Origin: Bacillota bacterium
GTDB taxonomy: Bacteria; Bacillota; JAAYKD01
Length of the DNA: 64,000 bases
NCBI GenBank assembly: GCA_963666425.2
Contig: OY762825.2
Span: forward strand, 1,280,001 to 1,344,000
Direction: 5' to 3'
Every line of letters starts with the position of its first letter. Position 1 is the first letter of the stretch. Below the pieces are notes generated by a model. That model worked only from the letters and a program-made list of their open reading frames with translations, was not told the origin of the DNA and did no database searches. This document shows, one piece after another, positions 1 to 10,238 of this stretch. Both the position numbers and the translations under genes were made by a program.

Positions 1-340
1 TCCGTTGACCGAGAATCATCCGGATCTAGAAAAAGCTTATGAGCCGGCTTATCAACGCTTAAAACCCTATAAGTTAGCCGGTATCGCTTCCGGTTATGGT
101 GATTGGCAGGAATGTATCAACGAACACCTTGTCAGAGCAGTCGCTACCCACTTGGTCAAGCAACTCTGCGGTGCAGCAAAAGCGCAGCGCTGGCAGGAAC
201 GTGACTTTCAACTGGGCTATCGCTACATGCCAGCTCTCCTGGCTCAATTGGACGATTATGAAATGCACAGACAAAAATACCCCACTTTTGCTGATTATTA
301 TCCCAACCTGATGCGCGTATTTGCGAACGAAATGATATAA
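1..340 (+). CDS. C-terminal part of a probable DUF4932-family protein (5' truncated by window edge)
   Basis: Open frame to TAA at 338-340. INEHLVRAV and YEMHRQKYPTFADYYP resemble the DUF4932 C-terminus as recalled. Confidence 0.55.
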   Translation, partial: PLTENHPDLEKAYEPAYQRLKPYKLAGIASGYGDWQECINEHLVRAVATHLVKQLCGAAKAQRWQERDFQLGYRYMPALLAQLDDYEMHRQKYPTFADYYPNLMRVFANEMI

Positions 341-346
341 GTACAG

Positions 347-393
347 AAAAAAACTTTTCGGCTACAGCCTGTGTCTGCAGCGAAAAGTTTTTT
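347..393. terminator. Bidirectional intrinsic terminator
   Basis: AAAACTTTTCG...CGAAAAGTTTT inverted repeat with A/T tracts, between convergent genes. Confidence 0.75.
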
Positions 394-400
394 ATTTTAT

Positions 401-1711
401 CTATGACTGTAATTTGCCGGCAGCGCGCTTTTCTTTTTTATAAGTAGAGAAGATCACCGATGCCATCACAGCGGTGGCGAGGGCGCGAATGATCGTAGAC
501 AACCAGAAAACAGGATTGACCTGGTTGCCCATCATCGTATAAATCTGAACACCCACCATCGGGAAAATGAATGAGACGGTCTGCACTGCCATATTGAAGA
601 AAGCCAGATAGCTGGGCCGCATATTGGGATCGGGAGCCACTTCCAAAAGCGTATTGAACTGTGACAAGGCATATGCCCCCTGCGCCAGGCCGGTGATAAA
701 ACAAATCAACCACATCAGCCAAAGGTTATCAACTGTGACAAAAATCTGCACCAACGGCCGGAAGATATAAAGAAAAACCGCTAAGAGGAAGACTGTTTTG
801 CTGCCGATTCGGTCGATAATTCTGCCCCAATAGGGATAGCTCAGGGTCGTTCCCAAAGACTGCACGACGGTTGCCATGGCAATCTGCGTATTATTCAGAT
901 GCAGGTCACGTACCTGATTCAGCGTCCACATGGAAGCAGACAAAGCGAATCCTAAATTTAAAAGAGTGGCAGCCAAAACAAAGACCAGGAAAGGCTGATC
1001 CTTGATGATGAATTTGAAGCCTTCATAGGGGTTGCTTTTGCGTACACTACTGGCCGGCGCCTCGGAGGATTTCACTTCATCGGTCCGGTTCAGAAAATTC
1101 AGAGAAGCCATAAAGGCGATGAACGACAGGCTAAAAAGCAGCGTATAATTATAGGGATAAGGAATAAAATCAAGCAGCGGACCTGCCAGCATCATACTGG
1201 CCAAAGCAAACCAACCCATCACATAGTTGCGGTCACCAAAAACACGGCCGCGATAACGGGTTGGGATAATTTCACCCATCATTTGCGTCCACATGGTGTT
1301 GACGATATTGGTAGGGAAATTCATAGCAGTCACAAGTAAAATAAAAAGCCATGCTTTATAGATCGCGGCGATTGGCAGAAATGGAATGATGGCGAAAACA
1401 AAATAACACATGCGCTGCAGCATCGCCCACTTGACCATCGCTTCTTTTTTCTTTTCGATCCGCTCCGTCATCACGGCAGCCGGAATCTGAGCTAATAAAC
1501 CCATCAAGGCCGGTCCGGACGATAAAATCGCCACCATATTTTCAGTCGATCCCAGTTTCAAGGCATAAACCGCCATAAAAGATCCGGTCAAACCAACCGC
1601 AACATTGGAAAGAGAACCGTTCAGGATACTGTATTTTACGTTGCTGCGCAGCGTCGGGTTATCTAAATAGCCGGTAAATCGGTCTGAGATTTTTTCTCGC
1701 AGGTTTATCAT
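401..1711 (-). CDS. MFS transporter
   Basis: About 12 hydrophobic segments; GRIIDRIGSK motif A-like loop; RYRGRVFG. Start placed at ATG 1711 after AAAGGAAG RBS. Confidence 0.85.
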   Translation of the reverse strand: MINLREKISDRFTGYLDNPTLRSNVKYSILNGSLSNVAVGLTGSFMAVYALKLGSTENMVAILSSGPALMGLLAQIPAAVMTERIEKKKEAMVKWAMLQRMCYFVFAIIPFLPIAAIYKAWLFILLVTAMNFPTNIVNTMWTQMMGEIIPTRYRGRVFGDRNYVMGWFALASMMLAGPLLDFIPYPYNYTLLFSLSFIAFMASLNFLNRTDEVKSSEAPASSVRKSNPYEGFKFIIKDQPFLVFVLAATLLNLGFALSASMWTLNQVRDLHLNNTQIAMATVVQSLGTTLSYPYWGRIIDRIGSKTVFLLAVFLYIFRPLVQIFVTVDNLWLMWLICFITGLAQGAYALSQFNTLLEVAPDPNMRPSYLAFFNMAVQTVSFIFPMVGVQIYTMMGNQVNPVFWLSTIIRALATAVMASVIFSTYKKEKRAAGKLQS

Positions 1712-1836
1712 ACGAAAACTTCCTTTTCTGCTCATAGTAAACAAGCATTATGATTCCATTCTGTTTCGGTCTGCTTTTTCCTTCTCCTTTACAAAAAGCA
1801 GTTGGAAGCCTTTAAATTATAACGCAGCGTTATCCT

Positions 1837-1892
1837 AAAAAAAAGGCTCCCCCGCCAGCAACAGCAGAACTGTTGATGGCAAGGGAGTCTTT
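1837..1892 (-). terminator. Intrinsic terminator downstream of gdhA
   Basis: GGCTCCC..CCA.CAACAG / CTGTTG.TGG..GGGAGTC stem with an A8 tract (U-tract on the minus strand). Confidence 0.7.
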
Positions 1893-1970
1893 GATTTTAA
1901 GCATTGAGAGCAAAAAAGTATTTCGTCGTTCCAGTTTCAAACGAATGCGAGATATTTTTTTGAACGGACT

Positions 1971-3317
1971 CTAGATCAGTCCTTGAGCGATCATTGCTTC
2001 GGCAACTTTCTTGAAACCGGCAATGTTCGCACCGGCAACCAAGTCGTAACCCAAACCGCATTCTTCAGCAGCAACAGCGGAAACATCATGGATGTTCTTC
2101 ATAATGGCATGCAATTTCGCATCCACTTCTTCAGAGGTCCAGCTGTAACGCATCGAGTTCTGAGACATTTCCAAAGCGGAAACAGCTACGCCGCCGGCAT
2201 TGACAGCCTTGGACGGAGCAACAGCCAAACCGGCTTTTTGGATAAATTCCAAAGCTTCGTTGGTAGTGGGCATATTAGCAACTTCGATGTAGTACTTCAC
2301 ACCGTTATTGATAATCTGTTTGGCTTCGGTCATGCCGATTTCATTTTGGGTAGCGCTGGGCATTGCGATGTCAACTTTAACGCCCCACGGTTTTTGTTTG
2401 GCGTGGAATTCGCAGCCGAACTTGTCTGCATAATCCTGAACTTTATCACGGCCGGAAGAACGCATTGTGAGCATATAATTGATCTTTTCAGCCGTTGTGA
2501 CGCCGTCTTTGTCATAGATGTAGCCATCCGGACCGGACAGAGTTACTACTTTGCCGCCTAATTCGGCAACTTTGGTAGCAACGCCCCAGGCCACATTGCC
2601 AAAACCGGAAACAGCAACTGTCTTGCCTTTGATGGTATCGCCAAAGTGAGCCAGCACTTCTTGCAGATAATAGGTAGCACCAAAACCGGTTGCTTCCGGA
2701 CGAATCAAGGAGCCACCGTAGCTCAAACCTTTACCGGTCAGAACGCCGTTGTCCCAAGTGCCGGTAATCCGTTTATATTGGCCATAAAGGTAACCGATTT
2801 CACGACCGCCAACACCGATATCACCGGCGGGAACGTCAATGTCAGGTCCAATATGACGATACAGTTCGGTCATAAAAGCTTGGCAAAAACGCATGACTTC
2901 AGCGTCGGATTTGCCGCGGGGATCAAAGTCCGAACCGCCTTTTGCTCCGCCAATCGGCAGGCCGGTCAAACTGTTTTTAAAGGTTTGTTCAAAACCAAGG
3001 AATTTCATAATACCAACATAAACGGAAGAATGGAAGCGCAAACCGCCTTTGTAAGGTCCAATCGCGCCATTGAATTGTACACGATAACCGCGGTTTACAT
3101 TGACTTTACCGGCATCGTCTACCCAAGTTACACGGAAAGCAATCTGTCTTTCAGGTTCGACCATTCTTTCCAGTAAACCCATGGCTTCGTATTCGGGATG
3201 TTGATTAACAATGACTTCGAGACTCTTAAAGACTTCTTCCACGGTTTGGATGAATTCCGGTTCTCCGGGATTACGAGTCTTTACTTGTTCCAGAACTCTT
3301 TGCATATAAGCATTCAT
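1971..3317 (-). CDS. gdhA: NADP-specific glutamate dehydrogenase
   Basis: GPYKGGLRF, GGAKGGSDFDP, DVPAGDIGVG, RPEATGFG, GFGNVA. ATG 3317 follows AGGAGG. Confidence 0.95.
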   Translation of the reverse strand: MNAYMQRVLEQVKTRNPGEPEFIQTVEEVFKSLEVIVNQHPEYEAMGLLERMVEPERQIAFRVTWVDDAGKVNVNRGYRVQFNGAIGPYKGGLRFHSSVYVGIMKFLGFEQTFKNSLTGLPIGGAKGGSDFDPRGKSDAEVMRFCQAFMTELYRHIGPDIDVPAGDIGVGGREIGYLYGQYKRITGTWDNGVLTGKGLSYGGSLIRPEATGFGATYYLQEVLAHFGDTIKGKTVAVSGFGNVAWGVATKVAELGGKVVTLSGPDGYIYDKDGVTTAEKINYMLTMRSSGRDKVQDYADKFGCEFHAKQKPWGVKVDIAMPSATQNEIGMTEAKQIINNGVKYYIEVANMPTTNEALEFIQKAGLAVAPSKAVNAGGVAVSALEMSQNSMRYSWTSEEVDAKLHAIMKNIHDVSAVAAEECGLGYDLVAGANIAGFKKVAEAMIAQGLI

Positions 3318-3781
3318 GGGAAAAAACCTCCTCTTTTCTAAATATGCAGAGCAAATACGCAGTAAAAAAAAGCCGCTACCCGCTTCTGCTTTAGTATTAT
3401 AGTATAGCAACACGAATGAAAAGTCAAGGATATAAATGTGAAGATTTTAATGGTAATGCATGAATGGTAGACTAACGTGTACAACTTGATAAAAAGATAT
3501 TATTATTTAAAATGTCACACGAATACATTAGTAATGTGATATACTATTTGTTATCATACGTTGCAGGATTTTTCTTAACTTCTCCATAGGGTGAATCGAA
3601 GCTTAGGCAGCTTTGAAAGGGGAACCCAGACAGGGCAGAAACAAAATGCAGTCATCCAGACCATTCGGTTAAAAAAGGACTTTCTTTCTATTTTGTAGAA
3701 AGTTATATATTCATTCGTTCTATTCTTAGCCATTCAATTTAAGCCATCCATCAGATGAAGTAGGAAAGCGAGGCGTTTTAT

Positions 3782-4774
3782 TTGAAAATCTTGGTGATCG
3801 GCGGCAGCAAATTTATCGGTCGGCATGTTGTGAGGGAATTACTCTATGCAGGTAATGAAGTCACTCTTTTCAATCGTGGCAATCATCCGCCAACGGAGGA
3901 GAGTGCCTCACTGCGTCAGCTTATTGGTGATCGCTTTCTGCCCGGTTCTATCCAATCTGCCATTGCTGCAGAGCATTTTGACGCGGTCGTTGATATGGTC
4001 GCTTATGATGCTCCGGAAACCAGTCTGGCGATTGAACAGCTGCGAGGTCATTGTGATCGCTATCTAATGATCAGTACCGCCTCGGTTTATGCGGAACCCA
4101 CGGCAAGTCCAATCCATGAAACAGATCCATTGATTCTGTCCGAAGACCCTCACCTCGCTTACGGACATAAAAAGGTTCTGGCCGAACAAGCCGCCTTTGC
4201 TGCCTATACCGAAACAGGGTTTCCGGTCACTGTGCTGCGCTTGCCTGCTGTCTTTGGTGAATATGATCATCAGGCGCGGGAGTGGTATTTCATCAAGCGT
4301 CTCTTGGATCAGCGTCAGCAGATGATTCTGCCGGAAGGCGGCTGCGGAGTCTATCACAGAGAATATGCAGGTAACGTTGGCGTCCAGATTGACTTTCTGC
4401 TGCGCACACCGGCTTCCAATGGGAATATCTATAACTCCGGCCATACGCATACGCCAAATTATCGGCAATTGGTCAGCCTCGCCGCAAAGCTCTGCGATCA
4501 GCCGATGACTTTCTATAGCCTACCGGCGCCGCTCTTCCCCCATATCCCGAATTTAGCCAGTCCGGTGATTTTTACCCAATCGACGGGAAAATTGGAAGCG
4601 CTCGGCTATCGGGAAAAATACAATGTCGCACAGGCGCTGCAGCGCAGCATGACTTGGTTTAGAGAAAACCCGATCACAGAATTCCTGCCGTCACAGCGCA
4701 ATCAGGCCTGCCATTTTGATTATGCCTGGGAAGATGCCATGATTGCCAGCGGCAGCGCTGTACAATTGGTTTAG
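3782..4774 (+). CDS. NAD-dependent epimerase/dehydratase (extended SDR)
   Basis: GGSKFIG Rossmann motif, ISTASVY, YGHKK (YxxxK). TTG start after GAGG. Confidence 0.85.
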   Translation: MKILVIGGSKFIGRHVVRELLYAGNEVTLFNRGNHPPTEESASLRQLIGDRFLPGSIQSAIAAEHFDAVVDMVAYDAPETSLAIEQLRGHCDRYLMISTASVYAEPTASPIHETDPLILSEDPHLAYGHKKVLAEQAAFAAYTETGFPVTVLRLPAVFGEYDHQAREWYFIKRLLDQRQQMILPEGGCGVYHREYAGNVGVQIDFLLRTPASNGNIYNSGHTHTPNYRQLVSLAAKLCDQPMTFYSLPAPLFPHIPNLASPVIFTQSTGKLEALGYREKYNVAQALQRSMTWFRENPITEFLPSQRNQACHFDYAWEDAMIASGSAVQLV

Positions 4775-4847
4775 CGTTTGCTCTAAAGATCCTTACGCTC
4801 TTTAGAAGAAACACTCCCCCGAAGATACGGAAAGGCAGGTGAAAACA

Positions 4848-5456
4848 ATGAAAACTCGCTTACGTTTACTCTTACTTTTACTTTGCATGGCTGTCTTGAT
4901 CAGCGGCTGCAGCTTACAGGTGCGCCCGGTAATCCCGGCAGAGCATGGTACGATTTTTAACCCCAATTCGGATTCGCAAGGCACCCCTGTAAAAAAGACA
5001 GGCGAGAAGGAAGAGGCACCTGCCGCCGAAACACCAAATACAACAACCAGTGAGAATCCCGGCAAGGAAACCGATTCGGAACCGACAAACCCGGTTGCAG
5101 CGAGTGACAAACCCAGTCAAGCTGAAACGGATGCCGCCCGCGGGGAAACCTCCACAGGCAGTAACGCCGAAAGCGTGGATAAACCGACCGGTCCAAATGA
5201 TTTTTCGGTAAAAATCACACCGGAGCAACCCGACGGAGACGGTGAAGTTCTGCTAACTGTTACCGGACCAGCCAATACACCCTATACGGCTACCTTCCAA
5301 TTCAGGACACGCAGTTCGGTGCTCAAGGGCTACTGCGGTTCTCCTTTTACTGTTGTTTTAGGCGGAGCAACCGCAGGTTATAAAGTGGCAGTGGAAGTCA
5401 GCGCGCTGATCAATGGCAAATTAGCCAAAGTCACGACTTCTTTTACACCCAAATAG
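4848..5456 (+). CDS. Hypothetical lipoprotein with P/E/T/S-rich linker and small C-terminal beta domain
   Basis: Basic N-terminus, Leu-rich core and ISGC lipobox. Alternative GTG start at 4839. Confidence 0.75.
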   Translation: MKTRLRLLLLLLCMAVLISGCSLQVRPVIPAEHGTIFNPNSDSQGTPVKKTGEKEEAPAAETPNTTTSENPGKETDSEPTNPVAASDKPSQAETDAARGETSTGSNAESVDKPTGPNDFSVKITPEQPDGDGEVLLTVTGPANTPYTATFQFRTRSSVLKGYCGSPFTVVLGGATAGYKVAVEVSALINGKLAKVTTSFTPK

Positions 5457-5492
5457 ACCGTTCGCTTCTCGACCATCGTTGACCCACCTGAC

Positions 5493-5531
5493 AAAAAAAA
5501 CAGATTCGGTTTGACCGGATCTGTTTTTTTT
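5493..5531. terminator. Bidirectional intrinsic terminator
   Basis: A8-CAGATTCGGT-TTG-ACCGGATCTG-T8. Confidence 0.85.
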
Positions 5532-5540
5532 AGGTTACTC

Positions 5541-6104
5541 TCAGCAGAGCGGAATTTCTGTCATTTTCAGCATTGCGCCGTCTTCGTAATCCAAGCGAAT
5601 GATATAAGGAGCAAACGGCTTCATATACAAATAGCCCTTTAAGCCGTAATCCGTATAGTAATGCAAAATGGTTGATAAAGCGCAGCCATGCGTACCCACT
5701 GCCACCGTCTGCTGCGGATGCGCCGCGACAATTTGATTGACAGCCTCGATGTTTCTTTTTTGCACTGCCAGCAATGATTCGCAACCCTCTGCGGCGTAGT
5801 TCAGGTCCGCCCATTGAGCTTGCATGTATTCGTCGAAATTGCCGGTAAACAACGCTTCCGTCATGCCGCGTTCGCGCAATGCTTCTACCGTATGAATGCT
5901 CAACCCTTTTTGCTTTGCCAGCGGAGCCAGCGTTTGACTGGTGCGCAGATAGGTGCTGGCATAAATGGCATCGATGTGGATGTCCGCGAGAGTCCGCGCT
6001 ACTTGTTCGGCGCCTTTTTGCCCCTGCTCGGTCAAACCACGCTGATATTGATCTGGGTTGCTGTTATCCGACTGTGCGTGACGGACAAAATAGATTTGGG
6101 TCAT
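5541..6104 (-). CDS. Histidine phosphatase (phosphoglycerate mutase-like) family protein
   Basis: VRHAQS, STYLRTSQT, LRER and THG motifs. Confidence 0.85.
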   Translation of the reverse strand: MTQIYFVRHAQSDNSNPDQYQRGLTEQGQKGAEQVARTLADIHIDAIYASTYLRTSQTLAPLAKQKGLSIHTVEALRERGMTEALFTGNFDEYMQAQWADLNYAAEGCESLLAVQKRNIEAVNQIVAAHPQQTVAVGTHGCALSTILHYYTDYGLKGYLYMKPFAPYIIRLDYEDGAMLKMTEIPLC

Positions 6105-6118
6105 TTGCTTTGCCTCCT

Positions 6119-6160
6119 AAAAAAAGAGACAACGGCGCTGCAGGGCTTTGCCGTTGTCTT
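6119..6160 (-). terminator. Intrinsic terminator after glyA
   Basis: AGACAACGGC...GCCGTTGTCT stem with an A-tract on the + strand. Confidence 0.7.
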
Positions 6161-6173
6161 GAGAAGTTTTTAA

Positions 6174-7427
6174 TTAATCAGCGTAGAGCGGGAATTTGGC
6201 GCAGAGTTCCGCGATCATCTCACGGCAGCGAACCAAAACCGCTTCGTCATCACGTCCGGCAATCGCCATTTCGATCACTTCAGCAATCACATCCATCGCA
6301 GCTTCATCGAAACCGCGGCTGGTCACAGCAGGGGTACCTAAGCGAATACCGCTGGTAATGAAAGGACTGGCCGTTTCAAACGGGACTGTGTTTTTGTTGC
6401 AGGTGATATGGATGGTGCCGAGCAGTTTCTCAGCGTCCTTACCGGTGATATTTTTGTTGCGCAGATCAACCAACATGAGATGATTGTCGGTGCCGCCGGA
6501 AATTAAGTTAAAACCGCGTTTGACAAGAGCGTTTGCCAAGGCTTGCGCGTTGTTAATCACTTTTTGCTGATAGATTTTAAATTCCGGAGCCAATGCTTCT
6601 TTGAAGCAAACCGCTTTAGAAGCGATCACATGCATCAACGGGCCGCCTTGGATGCCAGGGAAAATTGCTTTGTCAATTGCTTTGGCGTATTCTTTCTTGC
6701 AAAGAATCATACCGCCGCGGGGACCGCGCAGTGTTTTATGTGTTGTGGTCGTAACGAAATCAGCATAAGGCACCGGATTGCTGTGTAAACCAGCCGCAAC
6801 CAAACCGGCGATATGAGCCATATCCACCATCAGCATGGCGCCGACTTCTTTGGCAATTTCACTGAAACGTTTGAAATCGATTTCGCGGGAGTAAGCAGAA
6901 GCGCCGCAGACAATCAATTTCGGTTGGCATTCTTTGGCAATTCTTAAAACTTCATCATAATCAATCCGTCCGGTTTCTTTATTAACACCGTAGGCAACGA
7001 AATGATAGAGCAAACCGGAAATATTAACAGGAGAACCATGTGTTAAATGGCCACCATGAGAGAGATCCATTCCCATTACGGTATCACCGGGTTTCAAGAC
7101 GGCAATATAAACAGCGGTATTCGCTTGTGAACCGGAATGAGGCTGTACGTTGGCATGATCGGCACCGAACAAGGCGATGGCGCGATCACGCGCTAAATTT
7201 TCGGCGATATCGACAAATTCGCAGCCGCCGTAATAACGATGCCCCGGATAACCTTCGGCGTATTTGTTGGTCAATACGGTTCCCATTGCTTCCATAACCG
7301 CTTTGCTGACAAAGTTCTCGGAAGCAATCAGTTCGATATGATCGCGCTGACGGCCCAGTTCCAAGTCCATCGTATTAGCAATTTCAGGATCAAATGCTCT
7401 CAGTTCAGGAAATTCATTGATTTTCAT
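6174..7427 (-). CDS. glyA: Serine hydroxymethyltransferase
   Basis: [30 protein letters not shown] (PLP lysine), GGTDNHL. Confidence 0.97.
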   Translation of the reverse strand: MKINEFPELRAFDPEIANTMDLELGRQRDHIELIASENFVSKAVMEAMGTVLTNKYAEGYPGHRYYGGCEFVDIAENLARDRAIALFGADHANVQPHSGSQANTAVYIAVLKPGDTVMGMDLSHGGHLTHGSPVNISGLLYHFVAYGVNKETGRIDYDEVLRIAKECQPKLIVCGASAYSREIDFKRFSEIAKEVGAMLMVDMAHIAGLVAAGLHSNPVPYADFVTTTTHKTLRGPRGGMILCKKEYAKAIDKAIFPGIQGGPLMHVIASKAVCFKEALAPEFKIYQQKVINNAQALANALVKRGFNLISGGTDNHLMLVDLRNKNITGKDAEKLLGTIHITCNKNTVPFETASPFITSGIRLGTPAVTSRGFDEAAMDVIAEVIEMAIAGRDDEAVLVRCREMIAELCAKFPLYAD

Positions 7428-7533
7428 GCTAACTCCTCCTTAAATTTTCTGGAATGTTTTCTATAAGCTAACCCGCAGCAAATCTTGCAATCAGCGCGGA
7501 GAGCTTGCGTAAAAATAATAGAAGCGTTTCTTC

Positions 7534-8565
7534 TTAAATCCGGTTGGCTTCCTGCGCCTGTTCCTGGCTGTAGACAGCTCGTTTTCCACCCACCAGACGC
7601 GGACGGCTGAAGGCAGCATGGACATTGGCTTTTCCGAGCGTTTTATGCGCTAAGCGCAGCGGCACAGCCACCCAAGCCAAATGCATGCCGATCATCGTAT
7701 CGCCGATATCCAAGCCGGCTCTCGCTTTATGGTGCAGGTCATTGACCACCACTGCATCCGCAAGTTGAGAAAAAGCCTGTGTCGCCATGGCTCCGCCTGC
7801 GTGCGGAGCGGGAACAACCGATACCTGCTCCAAATCATAACGTTCCATCGTACTGCGTTCGACGACCAGAGAACGGTTGAGGTGTTCGCAGCATTGAAAA
7901 GCCAAGATCAGTTGATGCGCATCTGCCGCTTTACGTAAGCCCGCATAAACAGCAGCGGCCGTTTCCGCGCTGGAAGCAGAGCCGATGCGATGACCACCGA
8001 TCTCACTTGTACTGCAGCCGATTACCACCAGACTGCCTGGTTCCAAATTGCTTTTCTCTGCCAGTTCATGCATTAAATCGGTTGCCTGAAGCTGCAGCTG
8101 CTCCGAACTAAATTCCGCTTCCGCTGTTTCATCCGCAGCCGGTTCCAATTTGGCAATCCTGCGCAGATGTCTGCCGCCACTGAATTCTGTATTCAGCCAA
8201 GTATCAACAATACTCAAGGCCAGACCGCTGCCGATGACTCTGCCCCCCATACATAAGACATTGCTGTCATTATGTTCACGGGTAGCTTGGGCTGAGAACA
8301 GATCATGGCAAAGCGCAGCCCGAATGCCGCTTTGTTTATTGGCCGCAATGCTCATGCCTATGCCTGTCCCACAAACCAGGATTCCTTTATCGGCTTCATT
8401 TTGTTGGATTGCCCGCGTCACAAGAATCGCATAATCAGGATAATCCACCGATTCCGTGGAATAACAGCCAAAATCCTGAACCGTATGTCCGGATTTTTCG
8501 AGAGACTGGCGGATTTCTTCTTTTAAGTGATAGCCGCCATGATCGGCACCAATTGCAATTCTCAT
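7534..8565 (-). CDS. rpiB: RpiB (ribose-5-phosphate isomerase B) fused to a YwlG/DUF436 (UPF0340) domain
   Basis: N-half: IGADHGG, VDYPDY, CGTGIG, REHNDSN, GGRHLRRI. C-half: GCSTSEI, FQCCEHLNR, AGGAMA, DIGDTMIGMHL, RPRLVGG. No stop between them. ATG 8565 after AGGAGG. Confidence 0.9.
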   Translation of the reverse strand: MRIAIGADHGGYHLKEEIRQSLEKSGHTVQDFGCYSTESVDYPDYAILVTRAIQQNEADKGILVCGTGIGMSIAANKQSGIRAALCHDLFSAQATREHNDSNVLCMGGRVIGSGLALSIVDTWLNTEFSGGRHLRRIAKLEPAADETAEAEFSSEQLQLQATDLMHELAEKSNLEPGSLVVIGCSTSEIGGHRIGSASSAETAAAVYAGLRKAADAHQLILAFQCCEHLNRSLVVERSTMERYDLEQVSVVPAPHAGGAMATQAFSQLADAVVVNDLHHKARAGLDIGDTMIGMHLAWVAVPLRLAHKTLGKANVHAAFSRPRLVGGKRAVYSQEQAQEANRI

Positions 8566-8614
8566 CGTAAAATACCTCCTAAGCGAAAACATACAGGAAT
8601 CAGCCGGCAGCTTG

Positions 8615-9115
8615 TCACATTGCGGCAAGCCGGTCTATCAGCCGTTCCAAGCTATCGCGCAGCTGAACTGCGATGTGGCGATAGACTTCCAGAGGCTGGC
8701 CATAGGGGTCTTCAATATCTGTATTCTCGGCGCCGACATAACGGTTTAAAACAAATGTTTTTGCGGCATAACCCGGGAAACGGGTCAACAGCAGAGTCCG
8801 CTGCGCATTGCTCATCGTTAAAACCAAATCCGCCGCTTGCAGCATTTCTTCTGTTAAGCTCTGGGCGGGACGTTCCCCTAACTGCAGTCCCAGTTCTGTC
8901 ATGGCAAGGTTGGCTTCTTCCGCTGCTGTATCCCCTGTCACAACAGATAAACCGGCAGAGATGAAGTTGCATTTCGGCGCATGCAGGGTTTTTTCATGAA
9001 TATCTTTGGCGATCACTTCCGCCATCGGACTGCGGCAGGTATTACCGCTGCAAATAAACAGTACGGTCAAAGGTTTCGCATTCTCTTCCTGGTTTTTCTG
9101 TTTGGGTTCACTCAA
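8615..9115 (-). CDS. ywlE: Low-molecular-weight protein arginine phosphatase (YwlE-like)
   Basis: CSGNTCRS P-loop and DIEDPYG; conserved position between sua5 and rpiB. Confidence 0.85.
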   Translation of the reverse strand: MSEPKQKNQEENAKPLTVLFICSGNTCRSPMAEVIAKDIHEKTLHAPKCNFISAGLSVVTGDTAAEEANLAMTELGLQLGERPAQSLTEEMLQAADLVLTMSNAQRTLLLTRFPGYAAKTFVLNRYVGAENTDIEDPYGQPLEVYRHIAVQLRDSLERLIDRLAAM

Positions 9116-10160
9116 GACATATCCACTCCTTTGCCGCTTTCACCATTCTGTTCATCACTGCCCGGCCTAATTCCTTCTCTGTTACGCCTTGTAACAAAAT
9201 ACGATTGACTCCAGCATCGTCGCAGGCGCGGAAACATTCAAAGAGATGCTGCGCTGTACGATGCAGCATGCGTGCTTCGTCAGCCGCGGATAAATCAAAA
9301 ACCAAATCTGCCGGCGCGCTGAATTGATATTGCGTCATGATGACGCCAATTTTTTCTCCGCGTTTTCTGGCAGCCGTCGCGTCCTGGATCATCCTTTTAC
9401 AAACCGCATCGCGCGAACCACTGTAGAGAATAACCGTTGCTTTGGGAGCATAGTGCGTATATTTCATACCCGGTGCTTTCGGAACTTCGGCAAAGGGCAG
9501 TGGATTCTGCAGTGTCGGCGCAATTAAGTCCGGTAAAAACGGCAGCAGCATTTCGTAGGTAATCGCACCCGGCCGTAAAATCACACAGTGCCCCAGGCTC
9601 AGGTCCAGCACCGTCGACTCTACCCCTTCCCGACAGGCGCCGCCATCCAGGATTAGCGGAATCCGCCCCTGCAGATCATCGTAAACATGCTGCGCAGTCG
9701 TTGGGCTCGGTTTACCGGAGAGATTGGCGCTGGGAGCGGCAATGGGAATCCCCGCCGCTGCAATCAAAGCCAAAGCGACCGCATGGTCCGGCATCCTCAC
9801 CCCTACCGTACGCAAACCGCCGGTGATCGCGTCAGGAATTTCCGGCTTTTTGCTTAGAATCATGGTCAGCGGACCCGGCCAGAAGTGATCCATCAAGCGA
9901 TATGCCACCGGTGGAACCTGTTCGGCTACCTGGCTCAGCATTTCTCGATGGGAGATATGCACGATCAAAGGATTATCTGACGGACGTCCTTTGGCAGTAT
10001 AAATCGCTCTTGCCGCTGCTTCATCGAGCGCAGAACCACCCAGTCCATAGACAGTTTCGGTTGGAAAGGCTACCAATTGCCCGCTGCGCAGCAAGGCACC
10101 GGCATGCGCCATTTGACTCTCCTGCCAACCCGCGGTAAAATCATAGATTTCAGTTTCCAT
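9108..10160 (-). CDS. tsaC: L-threonylcarbamoyladenylate synthase (Sua5/YwlC type, with SUA5 domain)
   Basis: FPTETVYGL, KGRPSDNPLIVH, APSANLSG, PGMKYTHYAP. Confidence 0.93.
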   Translation of the reverse strand: METEIYDFTAGWQESQMAHAGALLRSGQLVAFPTETVYGLGGSALDEAAARAIYTAKGRPSDNPLIVHISHREMLSQVAEQVPPVAYRLMDHFWPGPLTMILSKKPEIPDAITGGLRTVGVRMPDHAVALALIAAAGIPIAAPSANLSGKPSPTTAQHVYDDLQGRIPLILDGGACREGVESTVLDLSLGHCVILRPGAITYEMLLPFLPDLIAPTLQNPLPFAEVPKAPGMKYTHYAPKATVILYSGSRDAVCKRMIQDATAARKRGEKIGVIMTQYQFSAPADLVFDLSAADEARMLHRTAQHLFECFRACDDAGVNRILLQGVTEKELGRAVMNRMVKAAKEWICLE

Positions 10161-10238
10161 ATTCAACATTCCTTTTTCGCAACAGCATAATTTCGGCGCC
10201 TTCTTCTCAGCGCTCCTGTCTTTCATCGCTTGAGCAGG

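Noticed and set aside
7428-7533. Imperfect hairpin upstream of glyA considered as a ZTP/glycine/THF riboswitch
   Set aside because: It lacks the conserved cores of those aptamers.
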